Source: a virus
Length of the DNA stretch: 42,290 nucleotides
Reading direction: 5' to 3' (one strand)
IMG/VR virus record: IMGVR_UViG_3300021387_000086
Location: 1-42,290 of that record
Positions 1 through 7,790 of this stretch are shown here, one piece after another. Position numbers and translations under genes: made by a program. Positions within the stretch are counted from its first letter, which is position 1. The number at the start of each line of letters is the position of its first letter. Under the pieces are notes generated by a model. That model was not told where the DNA came from. It searched no databases and saw only the letters and a list, made by a program, of their open reading frames with translations.

Positions 1-107
1 AGCTGCATGATCTTGCACTCCGGCTTGACTCCCTTCCATTGGTTGACATAGCAAAGGAGCTTGTGTACCCGCAGAAGGAGGTCGTGCGTCGGTTTGTTCA
101 GCAGCTG
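1..107. repeat. 107-bp terminal overlap identical to 42184..42290 (circular closure or terminal redundancy)
   Basis: Base-for-base identity of the first and last 107 nt, read directly. Unique length is 42183 bp. Confidence 0.95.
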
Positions 108-1271
108 CGCAATCATATAGAGCTCGCGCTTGTCGGATCCGGAATTGTTCGACTGACTCTTGCCGGGCACGGAACCGACGAGGTTACTGTGCACTCCCAT
201 GACGAAGCACACCATGTTGATGGCTTCCTGGATATCACTCTCCCAGTCGCCACCCTCCTTCTTATCCTCGAGGTTGGTGATGGTGATATGCGGCACGGCT
301 TTGCCGGTCGCGGGATCGACATAACATCCGCTGAAGATAGCCCTTCCGGAGTTCTCTGCGCCGGTAAGGAAATTGATGATCTCCGTCTTCTTGTTATTGA
401 CGAACTCCATCTGTTTCTCCTCGTCGGTGATGCCGGCTTGCTGGAACTGCTCTTCCCAGAACTCGGTGGAGATGGTGATGATATACTTGAGCGGCGCAGC
501 GTTCTTGAGCTTGGAGTACTTACCGATGGCGATGAGCTGCTTGATGTCGTACCATTTGCCCTTGAAGAGGGAAGCGTAGTACGGAATCGGGTAGTAGGTG
601 CTATCCGGTGTCGGAATGCGGGTCACCATGGCAAACTGCACTTCGCCCTTGGTGCTTCCCTTCTCGCCCTTCATGTACTGCTCGAGGTCGTAGAGCGGAT
701 CATCCTGATCGAGGAGGATAAACCGCTGTACGTTGTCCGGAGTCTGTGAGTCACGCCAGTTGGCGTAGAACACATACTGACGAGCAGCGGACTTCGGGCT
801 GAAACGGCAGTACATCGCCTCCAGTCGTTTGATGGAAGCTATCTGCTGGCGGTTATTGGCAAGGGAGAAGAGGGTGACGGCGAACTGGAAGAACTTCATA
901 TCGGTGCAGACACCGAGATGATAGGAGGTCAGATCATTGTGCGCCTCGAACCGTTCTACCTCGGTACGTACTTTCTTCGGCGCATTCTCCGGTAGGATAT
1001 ACTCCAACCCTGCGGCGTAACAGTTCTTGATGTTATGCTGCTGGCAGGTGTTGATCGTCTCATCGGTCTCTATCTTATCGAGAATCTCGTAGGGGATATC
1101 GTTCTTGATACCCCACGGCATATACTCGAGACCGTTCTTGAGTTTAACGGGTTTGATGCTCTCGGAGTCCGCATCTTCCTTGAAGACTTGTTTGGCGGAA
1201 GCTACGAAAGCGGCAGCGAGTGCGCTGCGTTTGACCGTAAACTCGTGAAAAGTGATGGGTGTTGGTTTCAT
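1..1271 (-). CDS. Portal protein, N-terminal and central part (gene crosses the window junction; remainder at 42117..42290)
   Basis: ATG at 1271, open minus-strand frame to base 1. It continues in phase through the overlap to a TGA at 42117-42119, giving 445 aa in total. My own translation reads MKPTPITFHEF...NSGSDKRELYMIAQLLNKPTHDLL. It is the first gene of the operon that carries the large terminase, and its size is typical of portals. It is absent from the ORF track because it is split. Confidence 0.6.
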   Translation of the reverse strand, partial: MKPTPITFHEFTVKRSALAAAFVASAKQVFKEDADSESIKPVKLKNGLEYMPWGIKNDIPYEILDKIETDETINTCQQHNIKNCYAAGLEYILPENAPKKVRTEVERFEAHNDLTSYHLGVCTDMKFFQFAVTLFSLANNRQQIASIKRLEAMYCRFSPKSAARQYVFYANWRDSQTPDNVQRFILLDQDDPLYDLEQYMKGEKGSTKGEVQFAMVTRIPTPDSTYYPIPYYASLFKGKWYDIKQLIAIGKYSKLKNAAPLKYIITISTEFWEEQFQQAGITDEEKQMEFVNNKKTEIINFLTGAENSGRAIFSGCYVDPATGKAVPHITITNLEDKKEGGDWESDIQEAINMVCFVMGVHSNLVGSVPGKSQSNNSGSDKRELYMIAQLLNKPTHDLLLRVHKLLCYVNQWKGVKPECKIMQ

Positions 1272-1293
1272 AGTTGTGCGTTAATTTCGGGTG

Positions 1294-1301
1294 CAAAGAT
1301 A
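1294..1301 (-). promoter_or_regulatory. Bacteroides-type -7 promoter box (TATCTTTG) for the portal/terminase/tail operon
   Basis: Plus strand caaagata = minus TATCTTTG, preceded by TTTG, 22 nt upstream of ATG 1271. Confidence 0.6.
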
Positions 1302-1352
1302 CAAACACGCGCACGGAACCAAAAACCACACCCCCCTAATTGCCCAAGATCT

Positions 1353-1378
1353 GTCCAAAAAACACCCCTTTTTTGGAC
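1353..1378. promoter_or_regulatory. Perfect 10-bp inverted repeat GTCCAAAAAA-N6-TTTTTTGGAC between divergent promoters (operator candidate)
   Basis: Read directly; lies between the -7 boxes at 1294 and 1468. Confidence 0.5.
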
Positions 1379-1467
1379 AATTCGAGCTAAAACGCGCAAA
1401 AATACGAAAAAATGTATTTTTATTGCATTTTTTTGCCAAAAAATTTGCATAATACAAAAAAAAGTAT

Positions 1468-1475
1468 TACCTTTG
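1468..1475 (+). promoter_or_regulatory. Bacteroides-type -7 promoter box (TACCTTTG)
   Basis: ACAAAAAAAAGTATTACCTTTGCAC shares the extended consensus of the other promoters in this genome. Confidence 0.6.
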
Positions 1476-1501
1476 CACTGTATTTAAAAAACAAAGCGAA
1501 T

Positions 1502-1639
1502 ATGATTGAATTTACTGACAAAGAAGTTGAGCTGATTGAAGCAATCAGGAACTTCAAAGCCTCGAAAGGGCGGATGGGAAAAAGAGAAATCTTCGAAGAT
1601 TACATCAACCAACTGGTAACAGAACTGATGGAGAACTGA
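1502..1639 (+). CDS. Small hypothetical protein (45 aa)
   Basis: First ATG after promoter 1468. The ORF-track start 1412 lies upstream of the promoter, so I trimmed it. Confidence 0.45.
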   Translation: MIEFTDKEVELIEAIRNFKASKGRMGKREIFEDYINQLVTELMEN

Positions 1640-1684
1640 GAGAGGGGGAGACCCCTCCTCCCCTCTCCTTAAATTACAAATAAT

Positions 1685-1924
1685 ATGGACGCACAACTTT
1701 CACCAAAGCAGAAACTGCATGACATTTATCTGGATCTGAACATCCGGAGATTCGCCAACCGGTACTTTGAGAAGTCCGGAGGTTGGCTCTACCACAAGTT
1801 CGACCGCGTGGACGTGAACCAGAACGGACACCCGGACGACTTCTCAGACGAACAGCTCGCGCAACTGAAGGCGGGACTTTATGATCTGGCTGACCGTATC
1901 AGAGCGGCAGCCGACAAACTTTAG
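1685..1924 (+). CDS. Small conserved phage protein (79 aa)
   Basis: MDAQLSPKQKLHDIYLDLNIRRFANRYFEKSGGWLYHKF. It resembles small proteins common in Bacteroidales prophages (from memory) and is followed by terminators. Confidence 0.55.
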   Translation: MDAQLSPKQKLHDIYLDLNIRRFANRYFEKSGGWLYHKFDRVDVNQNGHPDDFSDEQLAQLKAGLYDLADRIRAAADKL

Positions 1925-1954
1925 GCTCAAACACTTTGTTTTTTAAATACACCG

Positions 1955-1990
1955 AGCCGTGGGGTTGAGCCGCCTCACGGCTTTTCGTTT
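1955..1990 (+). terminator. Intrinsic terminator
   Basis: Stem AGCCGTG/CACGGCT followed by TTTTCGTTT. Confidence 0.6.
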
Positions 1991-1992
1991 GC

Positions 1993-2023
1993 AAAAAAGC
2001 AGGGCGCTAACCCTGCTTTTTTT
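1993..2023. terminator. Bidirectional intrinsic terminator between convergent units
   Basis: A6-GCAGGG-cgctaa-CCCTGC-T7, so a U-run follows the stem on either strand. Confidence 0.7.
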
Positions 2024-2225
2024 CTCGTGCAACAATCTGCATGAAGACGAGGTGATTGAACCGCCACACCTGCCAGTACTCCTCGCAATCCTTTGCCAAC
2101 TCGACACCGCTGGAGCCGCTTATGAACTCCAAATGTGCCATAATTCTGCCGCTGTGCTCCAGCAACTCATTCAGCTGCTCCACCCGGCACGCTTCCAATA
2201 ACTCTTGAATGGTAACCATAATCAA
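2007..2225 (-). CDS. Hypothetical protein (72 aa)
   Basis: Its ATG overlaps the upstream stop; its 3' end runs into the terminator stem. Confidence 0.5.
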   Translation of the reverse strand: MIMVTIQELLEACRVEQLNELLEHSGRIMAHLEFISGSSGVELAKDCEEYWQVWRFNHLVFMQIVAREKKQG

Positions 2226-2497
2226 TAACTTTTTAACATTTTCTTATATCGCGGCGAGGCGAACGCCCGACCCGCTTCTATGTCCTTCAACTCTTGCTTG
2301 GCTTGCTCGCGGCATATCTGATAGATACGACCACCCCAACCGAACTCGCGAACCTCTTGCTCAAACGCCCTGCGCACCGCTGCGCTTATTCTCGCCGGCT
2401 CTTTCTTGACCTCGACCGGCTTAGAGGCTGCCGGCATGGGAACCGGCTGAACCTCTGCGGCTGCGAAAGCGGCGAACAAATCTAACTGCTTAATCAT
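2222..2497 (-). CDS. Hypothetical protein (91 aa)
   Basis: ATGA overlap with the upstream gene, preceded by GGAGGCGCACA. Confidence 0.6.
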   Translation of the reverse strand: MIKQLDLFAAFAAAEVQPVPMPAASKPVEVKKEPARISAAVRRAFEQEVREFGWGGRIYQICREQAKQELKDIEAGRAFASPRYKKMLKSY

Positions 2498-2823
2498 TGT
2501 GCGCCTCCTTTCTTAAAAGCGACTTGCGACGCTGCAAACAGGAACACCACCGGGCACCAGCTCTGACCCTCGCGCGGCTTACCCCAAAATGGGAGAGCCT
2601 TCTGACCCTTGCGAACCTGACCACCGCGACGCTTCCAGCCCTCGAATGTATGCAGCTTTGCGCCCTCTTTGATACCATACGCCTCACGGAGCAATTCATT
2701 TGCCTTAACTCCCGGACGACCTGCAATCTCGGCTTGCACATCCAACCCTGCGCAAAACTCTTTCAATGCTTTTCTAACTTCTACCATCTTCGTAGCTGAC
2801 TTCATTTCTAATTGCTCTTTCAT
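2494..2823 (-). CDS. ArdC-N-like (DUF1738-like) putative ssDNA-binding protein
   Basis: LHTFEGWKRRGGQVRKGQKALPFWG resembles the ArdC N-terminal motif F-x-x-W-x3-G-x-V-[RK]-K-G-[EQ]-K. Confidence 0.55.
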   Translation of the reverse strand: MKEQLEMKSATKMVEVRKALKEFCAGLDVQAEIAGRPGVKANELLREAYGIKEGAKLHTFEGWKRRGGQVRKGQKALPFWGKPREGQSWCPVVFLFAASQVAFKKGGAQ

Positions 2824-3181
2824 AATTGTACTGAATTTGATTGTTAATAACCTGTTGATAACTTAAATTTTTTAATGATTTACACTGCTATACAAGGTAG
2901 TGAATAGAGCGCTGCAAGACTTTACGCGATAAAAAATACTATCTGCAAGACTGGAGATTTTTTTCGCTAAACGCGCTCCGGCCTTGTTGCGAGAATAGGC
3001 ACGACTTAAACTTGCAGCGTAAATCAGGGAAAATAAGATCAACAGGAACAATCTCAGCACAAGAAGAGCAAAGGAATGAAGCCGAACGAAGAGAAGGAAG
3101 CTACACCCCACGTGCCGGGTTCCGGCATGTATTGAGCCGACGGATGGGAACCACCGGACAGAAGACACCTTCCGGCGAGAC

Positions 3182-3207
3182 AAAAAAAAAGCAGCCGGTC
3201 GGGCTGC
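3182..3207 (-). terminator. Intrinsic terminator ending the lipoprotein moron
   Basis: Minus strand GCAGCC-cgacc-GGCTGC followed by T9. Confidence 0.8.
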
Positions 3208-3223
3208 TCATTGAAAAGAATAA

Positions 3224-3667
3224 TCAGAAGGGAACGTCGATCACTGTCTTCCGGATGGACAAACCAAGCACCGAGTACTTGGTCTTCTGCCCAGCTTTTG
3301 AGACACTGGCCGATGGCATGCCGAACGTGTAGCCGTCGGAGGTAATGAACCGCTCCGAGGAAGAGAGGGTGCAAGTTCTGAGGACCTGCGCCTCCTCTTT
3401 CACCGGTAAACGATATGGATCCGGAATAGGAACAGTTACCGCATCAGCATAGAGCTTTCCTGTCGCGATGATACATACATGCCACTCGGTTGTGTCGGTC
3501 TGATAGACCATTTTGCTGACATCAGCGGAATGGTCACCAGGCTGCTCCGGCTCGTCCTTCTTTTTAGAACACCCGGGAAGGAGCACCGTTAGTACCGAAA
3601 TGGAAAGTGACAGGCACAGGATCGCCGGAAGCACACAATATGTTCGTGAAGTGAACTTCCTGAACAT
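3224..3667 (-). CDS. Lipoprotein (147 aa)
   Basis: Signal peptide with lipobox LLPGC followed by SKKKDE. Confidence 0.7.
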   Translation of the reverse strand: MFRKFTSRTYCVLPAILCLSLSISVLTVLLPGCSKKKDEPEQPGDHSADVSKMVYQTDTTEWHVCIIATGKLYADAVTVPIPDPYRLPVKEEAQVLRTCTLSSSERFITSDGYTFGMPSASVSKAGQKTKYSVLGLSIRKTVIDVPF

Positions 3668-3679
3668 GCGTCTCGGGCG

Positions 3680-4516
3680 TTAGAAAGTGACGTCGCTGTC
3701 CGCTCCCCATGATGTCGCAAGGCTAAGGAATGAACGTGTGCCGACAAACAGATTGCCGTGGAGCAGCGTCTTAGTGTTGCTGTTGATGGGCATCGTACCG
3801 GTCGCCTGGCCGATCACTTCGCCGCTGCCGTTAGTGGCAGTCAACGTGTAGGTCGTGGTGCTCTCGTTGCCATAGACCGGCGCAAGGATATTGAGTTTGT
3901 ACTGCACATCCGTTTGGCCTACCTTAGACGCGATGCTGACCGTCTGATCAAAATCACCAGAACGCACACCGGCAAAGGTTGTCGGATTCAGTCCTTTATA
4001 GTAATCGCCGAATTGGATGCGGAGGTTCGCAGCACCTGCAGGTATCTCGTCCTCAATGGTGATGACCACCATGCCGGTCAGACGATCCATGGTCACATAC
4101 TCATCCGACCCTCCTGTCACGTTCAGGTCGTAGTGCTTGCCGAAGGTCGCACGGAGGCTTGCGCAGTTCAGCACACCCTCATCATAACTCAGCTCTGTCG
4201 AGCGGGTGGCCACGAAATGCAGATGGTGCTCGCCTGCCGTGAGCATAACCGTCACGGTGCCGAAGTTCGGATCAGTATTTTGTTGCCGCATCAGATAGGT
4301 AGCACCATCGAACAGGATGAGGTCGGTCATCTGCGATCCGTCTTCATCCGTCAGCGGCGCAACCTTGCGCACCGCCGGAGCATTCATCGGCTCCGTCTCA
4401 ACGGCAAGTTGTGGAACACGGAAAGTGACTTGATGCTGTTGTACGGGCTCATTTTTGCCCTTGCAGCTAACGAATAAGAGCGCAACTATGGCGCTAAAGA
4501 AAAGATACTTTTTCAT
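3680..4516 (-). CDS. Surface lipoprotein, possibly fimbrillin (FimB/Mfa2)-like
   Basis: ATG at 4516 (the track start 4525 is TTG). MKKYLFFSAIVALLFVSC lipobox and a beta-rich body. The fimbrillin resemblance is weak and from memory. Confidence 0.7.
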   Translation of the reverse strand: MKKYLFFSAIVALLFVSCKGKNEPVQQHQVTFRVPQLAVETEPMNAPAVRKVAPLTDEDGSQMTDLILFDGATYLMRQQNTDPNFGTVTVMLTAGEHHLHFVATRSTELSYDEGVLNCASLRATFGKHYDLNVTGGSDEYVTMDRLTGMVVITIEDEIPAGAANLRIQFGDYYKGLNPTTFAGVRSGDFDQTVSIASKVGQTDVQYKLNILAPVYGNESTTTYTLTATNGSGEVIGQATGTMPINSNTKTLLHGNLFVGTRSFLSLATSWGADSDVTF

Positions 4517-4538
4517 ACTTATCAATTATTAGACGGTG

Positions 4539-4546
4539 CAAAGTTA
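4539..4546 (-). promoter_or_regulatory. Bacteroides-type -7 promoter box (TAACTTTG) for the lipoprotein moron
   Basis: Minus strand GAAAAAAGTGTAACTTTGCACCGTCTAA, 22 nt upstream of ATG 4516. Confidence 0.65.
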
Positions 4547-4568
4547 CACTTTTTTCGGCATATACGCA

Positions 4569-4609
4569 AGAAAAGAGGCACAAAATATTGCATTTTATAC
4601 CTCTTTTCT
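4569..4609. terminator. Long hairpin (10-bp stem AGAAAAGAGG/CCTCTTTTCT), terminator-like, ending the tail-fibre/lysis operon
   Basis: Read directly. The 3' arm is U-rich on both strands. It lies between the stop at 4627 and promoter 4539. Confidence 0.5.
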
Positions 4610-4626
4610 GCTCTAAAACATAAAAT

Positions 4627-4845
4627 TTACCGTTTTCTCCGTCTCCGGATGGCACGTTGGCGGTAGTTCTTACCCCAGCGGTGGGACTTGCTGGTCACGT
4701 GGAAGTAATGGCAGTAATGGCATCGATAGACCGAACCCTTACTTCGTTCGTGATGCCGGCGAGCCAATGCCCGCACCACACGTTCCGCCTCCCCATACCG
4801 GGAGAACTGCACCTTGCCACACCTCGGACAATAACCAACGACCAT
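4627..4845 (-). CDS. Small basic zinc-ribbon protein
   Basis: CPRCG...CHYCH four-Cys pattern, C-terminus RQRAIRRRRKR. Confidence 0.6.
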   Translation of the reverse strand: MVVGYCPRCGKVQFSRYGEAERVVRALARRHHERSKGSVYRCHYCHYFHVTSKSHRWGKNYRQRAIRRRRKR

Positions 4846-4862
4846 AATGCCCTCTCATTCCT

Positions 4863-5348
4863 TTACTCTTTGGCGGTCCACCTTGGTAGCAATCGATAGT
4901 TGACTCCGTCGGTGGTGACGAGGTCCTGACGGCGCTGCTTGCCGGACACTGTGAAATGACCCAGATGAACCCACTCGGAACCGTTGCGGGTCTCGTCGAT
5001 ATACTGGTCATACGGCGTCTGCGTCTCGTGCAGATAGTCACGGAAAGCCTGTTTGAACTCCGTGATCCGGCTCATGTCCTCCGGCTGCATGTCGATAGCC
5101 AGTCCTTCCGGATGGACCGAGGTCGATGAGGACTTCTCCAACTTGGCAATCTTCTCGAAACCCCGGAAGCACGATGTGACGCGTATCGGGCCGCCCCATC
5201 GTTGCCGGAAGGGTTCAATCACCTCGTAGATCATCCGGCAGAGGTGCACCGTCTGCACGGCGTTCGGCTCGTTGGGCAGACCTTTGGCTTTGGCGGTCTT
5301 GGAGGCAGTCAGTTCCTCCAGCGTAAAATGTTCGGTAATAGGTGTCAT
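4863..5348 (-). CDS. Endolysin, peptidase M15 family (zinc D,D- or L-Ala-D-Glu peptidase-like)
   Basis: ATG at 5348. FTLEELTASKTAKAKGLPN, SVHPEGLAIDM and WVHL match the H-x6-D...H zinc motif of M15 peptidases. Confidence 0.8.
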   Translation of the reverse strand: MTPITEHFTLEELTASKTAKAKGLPNEPNAVQTVHLCRMIYEVIEPFRQRWGGPIRVTSCFRGFEKIAKLEKSSSTSVHPEGLAIDMQPEDMSRITEFKQAFRDYLHETQTPYDQYIDETRNGSEWVHLGHFTVSGKQRRQDLVTTDGVNYRLLPRWTAKE

Positions 5349-5437
5349 AAATATACGATTATTAAGATTTTTTTGCGTCCGGCAAGACAAACCTCGAGAT
5401 ATCGTCTGCCTAAAGTTTACTATTATTAAGATTTACC

Positions 5438-6043
5438 CTATAAGAACGGTACAAATTTACGTGCAACAATGATATACGGTGCGGTCGCCGGGAACTTCTC
5501 CATCACCCAGCAGGCTACCTTAGCCAGCAGCAGTATCGCCGTGATCCAGAACCACCAGCTGCAGAACCGGTCATAGCCGGTGCGCGACTTCTCCACCACC
5601 TTCCGGTACTCGGACTGCAGGGTGTTGTACCGGTCGGCTATGCTGTCGGCGGAGTGCTTGTAGTCGGAAGCCAGCGCACGGTAGTAGTTCGTGCTGTCCC
5701 GTTGCTCATGGTGCGTGTCGGACTGCTGCACACCGGCTACGTTGGTCGCCTCGCCGGTCTTGCTGTTGTAGGTGCCGCCGCCCTGGGCGAACTGGATGAA
5801 CAGGCCGGAACTGTCGCGGACGGTGACGTGGTGCTCGATGATGTTCACGCTGTCCCGGATGTGCCACCGGATGCTGTCCTGCCAACGGATAGCCACCGAG
5901 TCGCGGATGTTGACATTCTCTGTCAGACTGCCGGGCGTCTTGCAGCTCGGGAAGAGCAGACACAGGGCAAGGGTGATGGCGAAAGCGGCTACCATGATCC
6001 AGAAGCCCCAGAAGCAACCGGTCGCGTCACGGTAGAGTCTCAT
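5438..6043 (-). CDS. Unimolecular-spanin-like protein (N-terminal lipobox plus C-terminal TM helix)
   Basis: LLFPSC lipobox at the N-terminus, FCSWWFWITAILLLAKVACWVM near the C-terminus, adjacent to the endolysin. Confidence 0.5.
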   Translation of the reverse strand: MRLYRDATGCFWGFWIMVAAFAITLALCLLFPSCKTPGSLTENVNIRDSVAIRWQDSIRWHIRDSVNIIEHHVTVRDSSGLFIQFAQGGGTYNSKTGEATNVAGVQQSDTHHEQRDSTNYYRALASDYKHSADSIADRYNTLQSEYRKVVEKSRTGYDRFCSWWFWITAILLLAKVACWVMEKFPATAPYIIVARKFVPFL

Positions 6044-6264
6044 ACCTCACCTCCTTCCTGCTCGGGTTCGGGTTGGGGATGCTCGCGGGCCAATTCTTGT
6101 TCATAGGCTACTTTGTCGGCGTCGGTGCATTGCAACCATGGCTCGGCATGAGGCGGCAGACCTACTTCATGTCGGAACATACGCGGTTCGTCTGCTTGGT
6201 CTTTGTACAGCCAGTCGAATCCCTCGTCCGGCGTTTGTACTCGTGTTGTAAATTCAGTTATCAT
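6040..6264 (-). CDS. Acidic hypothetical protein (74 aa)
   Basis: ATG at 6264 (track start 6288 is TTG); ATGA overlap with the downstream gene. Confidence 0.5.
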   Translation of the reverse strand: MITEFTTRVQTPDEGFDWLYKDQADEPRMFRHEVGLPPHAEPWLQCTDADKVAYEQELAREHPQPEPEQEGGEV

Positions 6265-6269
6265 AATCG

Positions 6270-7730
6270 TTATTTTGTTACAGTCCAATGTTTAATGTTG
6301 GTCAGATAGGCATAGATGGTCATGGTGCCCTCATCGAAAACGAACAGATGGCTTTCGTCTTTAATGGCATCATACACGGCTTGGGAGATGGTGAGGGTTG
6401 GTCCGTTGGAGTCGAAGGTAGCAAGGCGCAAAGCGATGTAGGTGCGGAAGTTCGAGAGGAACTGCTCAAGGTTGGAATCATCCAAGGTCGGAGACCACGA
6501 ACTCAATGGAAGACTACAATCTGTACCTTCTCCAAACTCAAAATGGATAAGGTTCACATTCGGTTGCAACGTGAAATATCCGGCAAGACTATGAATCGTT
6601 CCGAACTGAATTTTACGAAGGTTCACATAATTGGAACTTCCAAGGCTCGGAGAATATCCTACAATCCTCTCGCAGTCCGGCAATATCAACTCCTCTAAAG
6701 CCGGATAAGAACCGCTGATACATCCTCCGTTGTTAGCCTCAATAGCCGATAGACCATAAGCAACAAACCTCCGAAGATTAGCACTACCACCTGAAAGGAA
6801 TGAATTATAGCCCGTAGTCTCATAAGTAGAACCTTGTTCAAATACTACCGTCAATTCTTCTTGATCAGTATTGAACATCGAACAATACTCTAATGCTCCA
6901 TAGAAATGCACATGTTTCTTGAATACCAAGCGACGGAGTGCAGGAGAATAGATGCGGTGAATGTACCATGTCTCAAGGTTATCAAACACCATCTCCTCTA
7001 CGTTGCCTGTTATATTGATAACGTTACCTCCACCACGACTCCAACCAAGTGTCTTGACCTGTGGCATATGAAAGTGCGTAATGTTTGGTCCCCCATTGAT
7101 AACGACCACTTGCGCCGTTTGGCATCCAATCGTAATGCTCGTGAGGTTTGGCATCAGGGCTAATATACGAGATATAGTATCAGCAGCCAACTCTCCCCAT
7201 ACATTGTCATCTTCAAGTGTTGTTATTTGCAAAGACCTATCGCTAATTACACGAATGAGAGAAGAACCATCCGCGGCATCGGGGACACCGGAAATCTTGC
7301 GATCTGAGAGGAGAAGTGGAGCGGAGGGGAGGTCGGTGATGGACGAAAGGCGCGAAGGGATGCCGTAGGTCTCCGAACCCTGTAAGCGGGTGATGTAGTG
7401 GGACCACATGTCGGACAGCGAGCGGAGTGAGGCATCGTCCGACAGGGAGCGGAGAGTGCCTGTGCTGAAGGGGAACTGCCACAGCGCACGGAGCAGCAGC
7501 AGCAGGTTCGACTTCATCTGGGCGATGAACGACGCAAAGGTGTACGGTTTGTGCTGGGCAATGACCTCGGAATAGCCGTCATATCCGGCTTGGTGCAGGG
7601 CTTGCTGTTTCAACGGGTCAAGTGCTTCGTTCACCAGCGAACCGAAGTGCGGGTCTTGCGGCAGCGCAGACACCTCCGCTAATACGTCCTCGCCTCTGCA
7701 GGTCTCGATATTTTTCTTAATTTCACTCAT
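6270..7730 (-). CDS. Tail fibre / receptor-binding protein with leucine-rich-repeat-like C-terminal half
   Basis: 486 aa. Recurrent LRR-like segments: NLTSITIG, NITHFHMP, NVINITGN, LRRLVFKK, LRRFVAYG, LEELILPD, LRKIQFGT. Confidence 0.55.
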   Translation of the reverse strand: MSEIKKNIETCRGEDVLAEVSALPQDPHFGSLVNEALDPLKQQALHQAGYDGYSEVIAQHKPYTFASFIAQMKSNLLLLLRALWQFPFSTGTLRSLSDDASLRSLSDMWSHYITRLQGSETYGIPSRLSSITDLPSAPLLLSDRKISGVPDAADGSSLIRVISDRSLQITTLEDDNVWGELAADTISRILALMPNLTSITIGCQTAQVVVINGGPNITHFHMPQVKTLGWSRGGGNVINITGNVEEMVFDNLETWYIHRIYSPALRRLVFKKHVHFYGALEYCSMFNTDQEELTVVFEQGSTYETTGYNSFLSGGSANLRRFVAYGLSAIEANNGGCISGSYPALEELILPDCERIVGYSPSLGSSNYVNLRKIQFGTIHSLAGYFTLQPNVNLIHFEFGEGTDCSLPLSSWSPTLDDSNLEQFLSNFRTYIALRLATFDSNGPTLTISQAVYDAIKDESHLFVFDEGTMTIYAYLTNIKHWTVTK

Positions 7731-7790
7731 ATCATTTCAAGTTTTGAGAGCTACGGCAGAGCCAACTGCCATAGCCCGGGTTCGTGGGCC

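Noticed and set aside
39-749. 236-aa plus-strand ORF at the window start
   Set aside because: It is antisense to the portal gene, which reads through the window junction in phase.
2872-3374. 103- to 106-aa ORFs in and around the 2.8-3.2 kb gap
   Set aside because: They are mutually overlapping on both strands, cross the strong terminator at 3182..3207, and have implausible compositions.
5358-5434. 13-bp direct repeat ATTATTAAGATTT (5358 and 5422) upstream of the endolysin
   Set aside because: It is short, A/T-rich and unaccompanied by other signals, so it could arise by chance in an A/T-rich leader.
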